Shown: in pieces, positions 1 to 18,770 of the stretch | How positions within the stretch are numbered: position 1 is the first letter of the stretch | Layout of the letters: each line of letters begins with the position of its first letter | Source: Paraspadella gotoi | Taxonomy: Eukaryota; Animalia; Chaetognatha | Assembly (NCBI GenBank): GCA_051294375.1 | Contig: JBJCIZ010000028.1 | Location: 1,363,576 to 1,427,575 of the forward strand | DNA: 64,000 nt | Direction of reading: 5' to 3' | Made by a program: the position numbers and the translations under genes | Notes under the pieces: generated by a model | Databases searched by the model: none | What the model saw: only the letters and a program-made list of their open reading frames with translations | What the model was told of the DNA's origin: nothing

Positions 1-172
1 TGCCCACTTTCTTTTATTTCACTGATAAATAATGTTAAAGAGTTTGCGAAATTTTTACTTTTCCCGATGATTTGTCATTTTCTATAATTAATGGCCAAAT
101 GGGCAAATTACTTCAATTTCATTATATTTTGAACTTTTTTCCTCCTTGAAATTCAATTGTCGCTCGCACAAG

Positions 173-1008
173 GTCATCCACAATTGTTGGAGCGAATTCA
201 TGGATCGTCTCGATAAACACATCTACAACCTGGACAGCCTCTACACTGAACACGCCCAATACCTCAACACCGCCATTCAAAGATGCCTTCTCAATCCAAA
301 GGTATCCACACAAATGAACATGCCTTTATTACTTAACAATTGCAACGATAACTCGTCGTTGTCATCGTCTTCTGATCCGGTTTACCCCTTAAACCTCACC
401 CCCCCCCATCTCCCCCGGCCAGTCCGCCCGAGCGATGGACATCATCCAAGGGATCTTCGCGATCATCGAAAAATTCCGTCGACAACTTTTAGCTTTTCCC
501 ATTTCTTCGCTGCAGACGACGGCGGGACATCCCAACTTCCAGGTGAAGGTGGAGGTTATCAAGTGTTCTCTGATCACTTCTTAACAAGCCAATGTTTTAT
601 TAAACGAGTTACTTTTGAGAATTGTTGGACGGTTTCAAGTATCCTTTTAAATATTTGGAGTCCATCATCAGCATGAGTGAAACTGTAAACAACCGAGTAA
701 TCATTCAGAAAATCAATCAATCGATCAATCTTCCTTCCTTCCTCTCTTGTTTTCAGTTCCTGACTGAGACTTACGAATCCTACGTGAAGCACTCGCACTT
801 CCTCTTCCGTTGTGTCGCCAAGTTGGCCGACGTCGGCGGCCGACAACCGCATCTCTACGATTTCGTCTCCAGACTCAATTTCAATCAATTTTATCGAAGA
901 GAAAAGCTTAAAAAAAAAAAAAAAAAAAAAAAAACTCGCCAATCGAGTTTCTCTGTGATATTATTCAAATGTTTATTCTTTCCGAACCGAGAGAGCGTTT
1001 TTATATAA
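173..1008 (+). CDS. TUBGCP6: Gamma-tubulin complex component 6-like, last three exons (173-301, 423-542, 757-1008); gene starts upstream of the window
   Basis: GT-AG introns join in frame to give VIHNCWSEFMDRL..HAQYLNTAIQRCLLNPK/SARAMDIIQGIFAIIEKFRRQL..HPNFQ/FLTETYESYVKHSHFLFRCVAKL..QPHLYDFVSRLNFNQFY. This matches the GCP6 C-terminal pattern (HPNF, SHFLF, QPHL.DF..R.NFN.YY) as recalled. The stop position is uncertain because it follows a long A run. Confidence 0.85.
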
Positions 1009-1508
1009 ATGTTTTTCCTTGTTTTCTCTTTTTCAGCCTTCGGAATAAAAACAAAAACAAAACAAATACGAACTAAATAAAAACCAATAAAAATCGAATT
1101 AAATAAGAAGAGAGAAAACTTATCGCGAAAAGTGAAAAGAAAATTTGAATCTGAACTCAACTCCTTCGAATCGAAAACACGATTACAATTGAACATTGCC
1201 AATTTTTTTATTTTATTTAAGTTTGAAAACAAATGGCGATTCGATGTCGATGACACAAAACAAAACAAATCGATATGACTTTAAAAATTCTTGTTGAGTT
1301 TCTCGATCTACATTTGACTGATGAGTCCCGACTTCGTCAGACGATAAAGTTTTAAATAAACGACTAAATCAAATCTTTTTTTTTTTTTCACAAAATAAAA
1401 TTCGAAATTAATTAGTTTTTTGAAATCGGATTTTTTAATTGCTTTATGAAAAAAATTAAAATTTACTGTTCAAGCTGAAATAAAATAGGATTTTGACACA
1501 CACACACA

Positions 1509-1569
<61 letters not shown>

Positions 1570-1806
1570 AAAAAGACCTGTTTCAAAGATCGTTCTCGGT
1601 AAGAACCTGAGCCAACTTTCACTATTTAGAAAAAATTATAAACGAAGGTCAAGTTTGACAAGTTTAACTAAAATTGTTAGAATTAAAATTGAAAAGGCGA
1701 AGGTCCTTCTTCTCTTTCTTGTTCAAGTTTTAAAGAATAAAAGATTAAAATGGATTAAAGATTCACTTCGTTACAAAAAAAGAGAAATCTTCGTCCCTCT
1801 ATCTAT

Positions 1807-1857
<51 letters not shown>

Positions 1858-3145
1858 CGCGGCTCTGCCGAGCCCTGCCCCTCGACTCCTTACGACCGCG
1901 CCGAGGCTGTTCCTTTGTCTCCCGGTTGTAAACCAAAAAGTTTTTCCCCTTTTTCCTCATCCGATCATCGTCGTCGTCGTCGTCGTTCGGTAGTAAATTT
2001 CTCAAGGAAAACAACCACCTTTCGACAGGAATGGCCTCGTTCGCTGGCTGACGACGGACTTCCCATGTCAGTGGTTCATCAGCTGTTGGGCCTCTGTCAG
2101 TAGCTGACATCGGCCTCTCTACCAGTAGCTGACTTGATCGTGGGCTTTCGGCCTCGGCGCTGATTTCCAATTAATCTGTTTTTTTTTCCTGATTTAAAAA
2201 GTTTTATCCTTTTTATTTATTATCGAATCGAAATCAGCTTGAATAAAAAAAAGGAAACTGTTTTATGAAATGTTTTTTTTCTCTGCATCCTTTTTTCATT
2301 CATATTAACTTGGAGGCGGTTTATTTGCCTTACGACTTATTCAACGTCTTTTCAAGACAACAACAACAACAACAACTTAACGAACTCAAGTGAAACGAAA
2401 CGAAGAGAAACAATAAAGACTCTTAAGCGGCGAAGGTTCGTCGATCGTCATCATCATCATCGACCCGCATAAATAAAAAAACAACTTTTTCTCGAGTCGT
2501 CGATTTTCATCGGAAATCCGTCACTTTTTTTTTCCGGGGTGATTTGGTATTAATTTACAATAATTTACATTTTCGTCGTCGTTCGCCCACGGAAAAAAAA
2601 TAATCACGTGTTGCTTCCGCCTTCTTCTCTCTCCCGATTGGCTAGTGCTTTTCACTCTAATTGGCTGTTAGTGTTAGTCACTCTCCCCCTTCTTCTTTTC
2701 CCAGGTTGACTCATATATTGATAAACCCCGCATTCTCTCTCTCTCTCCCCCCCTCCCTTTTCTCTTTTCTATTTTCGTAACAGTTGCTGATAGAAACATC
2801 TTGTTTGTCTAGTTTGGATTAAACTTTTATGACACTTTAGCAACTCGCCTTTCATATAACCCTTAACTCATTTATATAAAACCATCGTGGTTTCCAACTA
2901 TCACGGATAATAACGCTTCCACAGTGACAAGAAAAGGACTTTGCCTAAGTCTATTTTATGAAGATAAATGTTTTTCATTTACCGTAATTGCGTATCTAAA
3001 GGTTTTTTCTAACCTAACGGTTGTTGCGCAATTTAGGAAAAAAATTTTATCAAAGTTTTTGTATGTAAGTTTCAATAACGTTCATTAACAATCATGAAGT
3101 TTTAATAATTTACATAACATTTTTTTATTTAGTCAATTAAATTTC

Positions 3146-3562
3146 ATGATGCTTCACTTAAAAAAATATGAACTTCTTCTCTTCCTCTTCCTCTCTTTAA
3201 CTTTTGAGTCTTCCGCCCGCGAGCGCCACCATTCCCCACGCGGCCATGTGCCCTCTTCCTCCTCAAATCGCTCCTGCATTATCCATCACCCGCAACTCAA
3301 CAAAGGCGCTCAGATCGACGACTCCGCCACCTTCAACAGCATTGTCTCTGGCCGCACTGCGGTGTCGGCGCGCGACTGCGCCCACCTCTGCTGCGGACAC
3401 CCCCAATGCACTCTCTCATGGTTTTTTGGTCACCATGGCGTCTACGATGATGACAACAAGGAAGACCACGCTAACTGTTTCCTCCTAGACTGTTCTTCCT
3501 CCGTCTGTAAACTCCGCACTGACTTCAAAGAGACTGTGACGACAATCGAGCGACGAGATTGA
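3146..3562 (+). CDS. MANSC-domain-only paralog (signal peptide plus MANSC, no stalk or TM), possibly secreted or a pseudogene
   Basis: Intact 138-aa ORF highly similar to the N-terminus of 9441-10598 (DCAHLCCGHPQCTLSWF..CFLLDC). TGA replaces CGA right after TTIERRD. Confidence 0.6.
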   Translation: MMLHLKKYELLLFLFLSLTFESSARERHHSPRGHVPSSSSNRSCIIHHPQLNKGAQIDDSATFNSIVSGRTAVSARDCAHLCCGHPQCTLSWFFGHHGVYDDDNKEDHANCFLLDCSSSVCKLRTDFKETVTTIERRD

Positions 3563-5178
3563 TGACCCACGATGACGAAGACGGTTAGATGTTTGCCTCT
3601 GAGGGTCCGATATTTATGTACAGGTGTGAGGTACAACATTTAAATAAAGACCTAAGTATACTCTCATCACTTAAGTAAATGCAACTTGACGTTAATTCTA
3701 AATCACCTTTAAACCGGTAGGATCTTTACACTCCTGTGCATAACTAAAAGGGAAATGGCGAAAAATGGGAGGAAAATGTCAAACTGGGAGAGGTCCGAGA
3801 GTATGAGAGAGAGAAAAAGTGTGAGTGAGAAACCTAAACCCTGGGCTCGACCCCGAATCCTCGGGAGGAGAATGAGGAGGAAGAGGATGATGAAGCGGGT
3901 GCGAGGCCCTATGGGCTCTTTCTGCATACTCCAATAACTATATCTGTAAGATGAAACGAAATTTTAAAAAAATTAATTTTTTTTCATAAAAATATATCTT
4001 ATAACAGGAAGGTCCTATTCAAATTCAATAATTTTTTTTTAATTCGTTCATGAGCACATAACTAAGAAAGTAAGCAAGCTCGGTTACTGAGAATTAGAAA
4101 ATAAAAAAGTCAGCAATTTTTTGCAAGGTGCAAAATCTGAAGTCGCTATATCAGATAATTTAGCCACAGTATTTAATCATTTCATTTCATTCCCATTTGA
4201 AATCCGTGTAAAAGCTTCAGAATCATGGACCTATCTTTCATTGTATGTCTCAATAACCTTAAGATTATTATTTAGGGATCTGGGGCAATCCAGCTATCCC
4301 TCCGGATATTTAGATATTGGTGTCAGCCTCCATTATTTTTTTACCTGGTGTCTTCATCGTACAATATTCTGGAATTCATTGATCTCTATCTCTTTTTATT
4401 TTGTTTTTTTATTCAAAGATAAATCTAAATCTAAATCTAATGTAAAGTCGTTGTCATATTATTAACAGAAAATAACTGTAAATATTTTTATATGGGACAA
4501 TTATTAATTAGCATTTAGTCGGGTGAAAATGTTTTTTACAATATTATTGATCTTTGGATTTCTCGTCTTCATTTTTTGGAAGATTTTTTTTTTCATTCTA
4601 CAATTGAACGATTTCATTCCAGATGCAAGAGAAAAACGCATTGATAATGGAAGCGACTTAATATTAAATCAATATAAAGCCATCCCAAAAACTATCGCCT
4701 CTGGATTATTGTTGAACCCGAAATTGACTATTATAATTTTTTTTTTCATTCATTTAACTTGTAAGGCAAATAAACCACCTCTGACTTATTCAACAATCGA
4801 AGTAAACAAAACAAAGAGAAACAAAGACTCGCAGGAAAAAAATAAAAAAACAAAGTTTTTCTCGATTCGTCGATTTTTGTTGGAAATTCATCACTTTTTT
4901 TGGAGTAATTTTGTATTAATTTACCATAAGGCGTTCGCACACAAAAAATGAAAAAAAATAATCACGTTTTGCTTCCACCTTCNNNNNNNNNNTTGAACAA
5001 TTTCATTCCAGATGCAAGAGAAAAACGCATTGATAATGAAAGCGACTTAATATTAAATCAATATAAAGCCATCCCAAAANNNNNNNNNNNNNNNNNNNNN
5101 NNNNAATCAGTCTGAAGTGTATAACCGAGGATGTTTTAATAATTACATAACATTTTTTTATTTAGTCAATTAAATTTC

Positions 5179-5593
5179 ATGATGCTTCCCTTAAAAAATT
5201 GAACTTCTTCTCTTCCTCTTCCTCTCTTTAACTTTTGAGTCTTCCGCCCGCGAGCGCCACCATTCCCCACGCGGCCATGTGCCCTCTTCCTCCTCAAATC
5301 GCTCCTGCATTATCCATCACCCGCAACTCAACAAAGGCGCTCAGATCGAGACTCCGCCACCTTCAACAGCATTGTCTCTGGCCGCACTGCGGTGTCGGCG
5401 CGCGACTGCGCCCACCTCTGCTGCGGACACCCCCAATGCACTCTCTCATGGTTTTTTTGGTCACCATGGCGTCTACGATGATGACAACAAGGAAGACCAC
5501 GCTAACTGTTTCCTCCTAGACTGTTCTTCCTCCGTCTGTAAACTCCGCACTGACTTCAAAGAGACTGTGACGACAATCGAGCGACGAGATTGA
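5179..5593 (+). pseudogene. Frameshifted copy of the MANSC-only paralog
   Basis: Same sequence as 3146-3562 with several 1-2 nt indels. It is next to an N-gap, so it may be an assembly artefact. Confidence 0.5.
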
Positions 5594-7123
5594 TGACCCA
5601 CGATGACGAAGACGTTAATGTGTTGCCTCTGAGGGTCCGATATTTATGTACAGGTGTGAGGTACAACATTTAAATAAGACCTAAGTATACTCTCATCACT
5701 TGAGTAAATGCAACTTGACGTTAATTCTAAATCACCTTTAAACCGGGTAGGATCTTTACACTCCTGTGCATAACTAAAAGGGAAATGGCGCGAAAATGGG
5801 AGGAAAATGTCAAACTGGGAGAGGTCCGAGAGTATGAGAGAGAGAAAAAGTGTGAGTGAGAAACCTAAACCCTGGGCTCGACCCCGAATCCTCGGAGGAG
5901 AATGAGGAGGAAGAGGATGATGAAGCGGGTGCGAGGCCCTATGGGCTCTTTCTGCATACTCCAATAACTATATCTGTAAGATGAAACGAAATTTTAAAAA
6001 AATTAATTTTTTTTCATAAAAATATATCTATAAACAGGAAGGTCCTATTCAAATTCAATAATTTTTTTTTTAATTCGTTCATGAGCACATAACTAAGAAG
6101 TAAGCAAGCTCGGTTACTGAGAATTAGAAAATAAAAAAGTCAGCAATTTTTTGCAAGGTGCAAAATCTGAAGTCGCTATATCAGATAATTTAGCCACAGT
6201 ATTTAATCATTTCATTTCATTCCCATTTGAAATCCGTGTAAAAGCTTCAGAATCATGGACCTATCTTTCATTGTATGTCTCAATAACCTTAAGATTATTA
6301 TTTGGGGATCTGGGCAATCCAGCTATCCCTCCGGATATTTAGATATTGGTGTCAGCCTCCATTATTTTTTTACCTGGTGTCTTCATCGTACAATATTCTG
6401 GAATTCATTGATCTCTATCTCTTTTTATTTTGTTTTTTTATTCAAAGATAAATCTAAATCAATGTAAAGTCGTGTGTCATACTTATTAACAGAAAATAAC
6501 TGTAAATATTTTTATATGGGACATTTATTAATTAGCATTTAGTCGGGTGAAAATGTTTTTTACAATATTATTGATCTTTGGATTTCTCGTCTTCATTTTT
6601 TGGAAGATTTTTTTTTCATTCTACAATTGAACGATTTCATTCCAGATGCAGAGAAAAACGCATTGATAATGGAAGCGACTTAATATTAAATCAATATAAA
6701 GCCATCCCAAAAACATACGCCTCTGGATTATTTGTTGAACCCGAAATTGACTATTATAATTTTTTTTTTCATTCATTTTAACTTGTAAGGCAAATAAACC
6801 ACCTCTGACTTATTCAACAATCCGAGTGAAACAAAAAAAAGAAACAAAGACTCGCAGAAAAAAATAAAAAAACTTTTTCTCGATTCGTCAATTTTTGTTG
6901 GAAATTCATCACTTTTTTTGGAGTAATTCTGTATTAATTTACCATAAGGCGTTCGCACACAAAAAATAAAAAAAAATAATCACATTTTGCTTCCACCTTC
7001 CTCTCTCCCGATTGGCTATGCTTTNNNNNNNNNNNNNNNNNNNNNNNNNAATCAGTCTGAAGTGTATAACCGAGGATGTTTTAATAATTACATAACATTT
7101 TTTTATTTAGTCAATTAAATTTC

Positions 7124-7535
7124 ATGATGCTTCCTTAAAAAATTGAACTTCTTCTCTTCCTCTTCCTCTCTTTAACTTTTGAGTCTTCCGCCCGCGAGCG
7201 CCACCATTCCCCACGCCCATGTGCCCTCTTCCTCCTCAAATCGCTCCTGCATTATCCATCACCCGCAACTCAACAAAGGCGCTCAGATCGAGACTCCGCC
7301 ACCTTCAACAGCATTGTCTCTGGCCGCACTGCGGTGTCGGCGCGCGACTGCGCCCACCTCTGCTGCGGACACCCCCAATGCACTCTCTCATGGTTTTTTT
7401 GGTCACCATGGCGTCTACGATGATGACAACAAGGAAGACCACGCTAACTGTTTCCTCCTAGACTGTTCTTCCTCCGTCTGTAAACTCCGCACTGACTTCA
7501 AAGAGACTGTGACGACAATCGAGCGACGAGATTGA
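7124..7535 (+). pseudogene. Frameshifted copy of the MANSC-only paralog
   Basis: As for 5179-5593; it follows the N-gap at 7025-7049. Confidence 0.5.
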
Positions 7536-9440
7536 TGACCCACGATGACGAAGACGTTAATGATGTTGCCTCTGAGGGTCCGATATTTATGTACGAGGTG
7601 TGAGGTACAACATTTAAATAAGACCTAAGTATACTCTCATCACTTGAGTAAATGCAACTTGACGTTAATTCTAAATCACCTTTAAACCGGTAGGATCTTT
7701 ACACTCCTGTGCATAACTAAAAAGGGAAATGGCGCGAAAATGGGAGGAAAATGTCAAACTGGGAGAGGTCCGAGAGTATGAGAGAGAGAAAAAGTGTGAG
7801 TGAGAAACCTAAACCCTGGGCTCGACCCCGATCCTCGGAGGAGAATGAGGAGGAAGAGGATGATGAAGCGGGTGCGAGGCCCTATGGGCTCTTTCTGCAT
7901 ACTCCAATAACTATATCTGTAAGATGAAACGAAATTTTAAAAAAATTAATTTTTTTTCATAAAAATATATCTTATAACAGGAAGGTCCTATTCAAATTCA
8001 ATAATTTTTTTTTTAATTCGTTCATGAGCACATAACTAAGAAGTAAGCAAGCTCGGTTACTGAGAATTAGAAAATAAAAAAGTCAGCAATTTTTTGCAAG
8101 GTGCAAAATCTGAAGTCGCTATATCAGATAATTTAGCCACAGTATTTAATCATTTCATTTCATTCCCATTTGAAATCCGTGTAAAAGCTTCAGAATCATG
8201 GACCTATCTTTCATTGTATGTCTCAATAACCTTAAGATTATTATTTGGGGATCTGGGCAATCCAGCTATCCCTCCGGATATTTAGATATTGGTGTCAGCC
8301 TCCATTATTTTTTTACCTGGTGTCTTCATCGTACAATATTCTGGAATTCATTGATCTCTATCTCTTTTTATTTTGTTTTTTATTCAAAGATAAATCTAAA
8401 TCTTAATGTAAAGTCTGTGTCATACTTATTAACAGAAAATAACTGTAAATATTTTTATATGGGACATTATTAATTAGCATTTAGTCGGGTGAAATGTTTT
8501 TTACAATATTATTGATCTTTGGATTTCTCGTCTTCATTTTTTGGAAGATTTTTTTTTTCATTCTACAATTGAACGATTTCATTCCAGATGCAGAGAAAAA
8601 CGCATTGATAATGGAAGCGACTTAATATTAAATCAATATAAAGCCATCCCAAAAACATACGCCTCTGGATTATTTGTTGAACCCGAAATTGACTATTATA
8701 ATTTTTTTTTTCATTCATTTTAACTTGTAAGGCAAATAAACCACCTCTGACTTATTCAACAATCCGAGTGAAACAAAAAAAAGAAACAAAGACTCGCAGG
8801 AAAAAAAATAAAAAAACAATTTTTCTCGATTCGTCGATTTTGTTGGAAATTCATCACTTTTTTTGGAGTAATTTGTATTAATTTACCATAAGGCGTTCGC
8901 ACACAAAAAATGAAAAAAAATAATCACGTTTTGCTTCCACCTTCCTCTCTCTCCGATTGGCTATGCTTTTCCTCTGATTGGCTGTTAGTGTTTGTCATTC
9001 TCCCCCTTCTTCTTTTCCAGGTTGACTCATATATCGATAAACCACGCATTCTCTCTCACTCCCCCCTCTTCTCTTTTCATAACAGTTGCTGATTGAAACA
9101 TCCGGTTTGTCTGGTTTGGATTAAACTTTTAAGACTTTAGAAACTCGCCTTTCATGTAACTCGGAAACCATGATGGTTAATATAAACAAGTTATAACTAT
9201 CACGGATTATAACGCTTTCACAGTGACAGGAAAAGGACTTTGTCTAAGTCTATTTAATGAAGATAAATGTTTTTTAGTTATCATAATTGTGTATCTAAAG
9301 TTTTTTAAACTCAACGATTTTTGCGCAATTTAGAAAAAAAAATTATAAAAGTTTTATTGGTATTAAAGTTTCAATAACGCTCGTTTACAATCATTTTTAA
9401 TAATTGACGTAACATTTTTTCATTTAGTCAATTAAATTTC

Positions 9441-10598
9441 ATGATGCTTCCCTTAAAAAACTCTGGACTTCTCCTCTTCCTCTTTCTCGCTTTAACTTTT
9501 GAGTCTTCCGCCCGCGAGCGCCACCACTCCCCGCGCAGCCACGCCCCATCCTTTTCCTCCAAACATTCCTGCTTCGTCCATCGCCCGCAACTCGACAAAG
9601 GAGCTCGGATCGACGACTCCGCCACCTTCGACAGCATCGTCTCCCGCCGCGCCGCTGCATCGGCGCGAGACTGCGCCCACCTCTGCTGCGGACACCCCCA
9701 TTGCACCCTCTCGTGGTTCGTCGACGACGATGGCGTTTACGACGATGACAACGACGAAGACCGCGCCAACTGTTTCCTCCTCGACTGCTCTTCCTACGGC
9801 TGCAAACTCCGCTCTGGCTACAAAGAGTCTGTGACGACGATCGAGCGGCGTGATCGACGACCCACGACGACAAAGACGCCCTCGACGCTGCTGGAGGCCA
9901 TCCTCGAGGCCTTGGACTCCAAGACCGAATTGAATCAGGAAGAGTTGAAGACGTTGATGTCGTCGGTGGCGACGCTCGACGACGAAGATCAGAAGAAACT
10001 TTCTCTTGCTGTTGAAGACAAGTTGGACGCGTTGAAGAAGACGACGACAACGACGACGACGACAACAACGACGACGATCGAGGAATCGCGAAATCCCGAA
10101 GTCGAATCATCGACGAGTGACTCAGCGACGGAACTTGAGCCGAGTTACGTCGAGACAACGAAGACGACAACGAAGGAGAGGACGACCGCAACTTCGAAAC
10201 AACCGACTACTACAACAACAACAACGGCTGAGACGACGAGACTCCCTGTCTCCTCTGCGAATCCTTTGTCCGCCGAAGATTCGATCCAGAAAACAGCAAT
10301 GACGACGACGACGACGACGAAGAAAGCAGACGTTGCAGACGGCAATGACTCCGCCGTCGAATCCCCAACCTCCTCCCGCCCTGCATGGATGCAGCCCCGC
10401 GACAAGGACGTCGCTCAAGTCTCCAAACTCCAACCGACCGTCCACGCGGGTCTCCTCCTCGCAGCAGCCATCTTCGGCGTTACGGCGACGCTGCTCACGC
10501 TGCTGCTGATGCAGGCGAGGATTCGGAAGGCGTGGCGTAGGAAGGACTACGTCGACGCGGATTATCTAATTAACGGGATGTACCAGCCAGATATCTGA
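9441..10598 (+). CDS. MANSC-domain type I membrane protein (MANSC1/C11orf24-like)
   Basis: Single-exon 385-aa ORF with signal peptide, Cys-rich MANSC domain, Thr-rich mucin stalk, TM helix and the tail YVDADYLINGMY typical of MANSC1/C11orf24. Confidence 0.85.
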   Translation: MMLPLKNSGLLLFLFLALTFESSARERHHSPRSHAPSFSSKHSCFVHRPQLDKGARIDDSATFDSIVSRRAAASARDCAHLCCGHPHCTLSWFVDDDGVYDDDNDEDRANCFLLDCSSYGCKLRSGYKESVTTIERRDRRPTTTKTPSTLLEAILEALDSKTELNQEELKTLMSSVATLDDEDQKKLSLAVEDKLDALKKTTTTTTTTTTTTIEESRNPEVESSTSDSATELEPSYVETTKTTTKERTTATSKQPTTTTTTTAETTRLPVSSANPLSAEDSIQKTAMTTTTTTKKADVADGNDSAVESPTSSRPAWMQPRDKDVAQVSKLQPTVHAGLLLAAAIFGVTATLLTLLLMQARIRKAWRRKDYVDADYLINGMYQPDI

Positions 10599-11715
10599 GA
10601 ACATCCGGGGTCGTGGGACATTGATCGAGATGTATAATATCTTAAATCAAGTTGGAATTATGGCATTAACTCGGTTGGATTATTGTCCCGAAACCGGTCA
10701 GACATTTGGCTGATAAACAGCCGTATATCTGATAACCCTCGTTATAGGTTTAATTAGAGATACAAGATATTTATCTTTGAGTTGGAATTATGGCCTTTAG
10801 CCCTGAACTCAGTTGGATGTTTGCCTCTATGGCGGTCCGATATTTATGTATGGGTGTGAGGTACAACTTTTAAATAAAGACCTTTGCATATTCTCATTAC
10901 TTGAGTTAATGCAACCGGACGTTAACTCTAAACCAACCGGATATAGTAGACGCATCACCTTTAAACCAGAAGGGTCTCTATTATCAACCTGCGGTGTCTT
11001 CAACTACTAACTAATAAACTAGTCTCTTTTTCTATTAGTTAATTAGTAGATTAAATTTTCTTAAAGTTTAACAGATATATATGCCTTTGCTTTTATTGTT
11101 ACTCTTTTTTTTTCTCCATTTGCGTTGCATCTTTGATTGTTGAGTTGATTAGTGAATACATTGGTGTCAGCCTACATTATATTTTTACTTGGTGTCTTCG
11201 TCGTACATTATTCTGGAATTCATTGATCTCTATTTCTTTCTGTTTTATTTTTATTCAAAGATACGAAATCTAACTCTAATGTAAAATTTAGTCGTTATCG
11301 TACTTATTAACAGAAAATAAGTGTAAAATAAAATATTTTTATATGGGACATTTATTAGAGTAGCATTCGGGTGAAAATGGTTGTTGCAATATTATTGATT
11401 AGTATTTTGATGCTCCTGTATGTACTGAATCAACCTTTTTGAATTCTAAATAAAACGCATATATAATGTAATTAATGTTTCATATGCGTCATACATTCCT
11501 GTCTACTATGTACAACGCTATCTCGTCTTCTCTATTTTTTGGAAGATATTTATTTTTTTCGTTCTACAATTGAACCATTTCATTCCAGATGCATTGATGA
11601 TGAAAGCGACATAACATTAAAACAATATAAATCCGTCCCAAAAACATTGGACGTTTGTTCAACCCGCAATCGACTATTAAACATTACATTATCTACATAA
11701 ACATTATTTAGAAAA

Positions 11716-17571
<5,856 letters not shown>

Positions 17572-18535
17572 AGGAAGAAAAGAGGGCGAGGGGAAAAAAT
17601 CTGGGCGCTGGTTGCCCGGATGTAATGTCGCACAATCTTGAGATCATCTTCTTCACAGAATTGTCTCCATCACTCCTTTTACCCCAAGAGTTGTTGTTGT
17701 TGAAGTTTTTGTATCATTTTATTGGTGAATCTTTATTGGTGATAAAAGGCATCTTTTCTCCTGGGATTCTGATAATTCGTTGTTTTTGTTTTGTTGATGT
17801 TGTTATTTTTTGTTTGTTTATTAATTCCGACACGAAACTCCCACAGACCTTAACACTTTACCTTCGCATTTGTTAACCGATTTTGCCAAAAAAGAAACAA
17901 AAAAACTTGTCACAGTTAAATTGGGTGATAGACGTATTTTTGTGGTAATATATAACGCTGTCTTTCCGCTGCCTGTGATATCAACTTGATTCAAAATGAT
18001 TCACTGCTAAATTTTTAAGTGTTTATCTTGGATTAATTAATTGTATTATTGGTATTATTATTATTATTATTATTATTATGATTATTATTATTATTATTAT
18101 TATTGGTATTATTATCTCATTCTTGGTTGCATCAAAAGTTCCTTCCTTATATTATTTCTTTCATTAATGTGTAAACCTTAGTCAATTTTTTAGCAAAGAA
18201 CTTGTCTTATTTTGCGCCGATGTATTAGAGCTACATCTTCCGGTATTTTTTTTGATGAGCTAACTTGTTTTATTGTCACAACTCGGATTATTGTCACAAC
18301 TCAGATTATTGTCACAACTAAGATTCGATCAAATGTCGATGTTCGTTTAAAAACAAACAAATTCTTTTTTCACAAACAAAGAAAAAAGATTCATTCCATT
18401 ATATATTTCTAACTCTGACGGATTTTATTAATGATATATTTCTATTCCATTGATTTTAATGTATTTCGTATTTACATTAAATCTTACAATTTTTTTGTTG
18501 TGATATTTATTTAAAGATAATGATAAAGAATATTC

Positions 18536-18726
18536 ATGGACATCTCGGGGATTTTCGTGGCGTCACGACTCGGTGACCTTTTGATCGCCAGAGATTTTCT
18601 CTTCGACGAAACGTTGAACGAAATTCTCCCCGAATTCACAAACAGAATCTTCAACGAGGAAGACGATGACGACGACGACGACGACGGCGAGGAGGATCGG
18701 CGTCTGCTGCCTCGCGACGCGGTGAG

Positions 18727-18770
<44 letters not shown>

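Larger units (their letters stand above)
2320..8990 (+). repeat. Tandem segmental duplication of the MANSC locus (about 3 partial units of 1.9-2.4 kb, separated by N-gaps)
   Basis: Near-identical blocks at about 3100-4980, 5105-7024 and 7050-8990. Sequence 2330-3145 is homologous to 8750-9440, and 4316-4740 to 11160-11680. Confidence 0.85.

Noticed and set aside
1493-2170. ORFs with SLSLSL or ERERER runs here and elsewhere, and the GC-rich block at 1855-2165
   Set aside because: The ORFs derive from (CT)n/(GA)n microsatellites, and no coding or structural identity could be supported for the GC-rich block.
4983-7049. Exact three-copy MANSC array as a biological copy number
   Set aside because: The units abut N-gaps, begin with the same post-gap sequence and differ by homopolymer-type indels, so they may be gap-filling artefacts.
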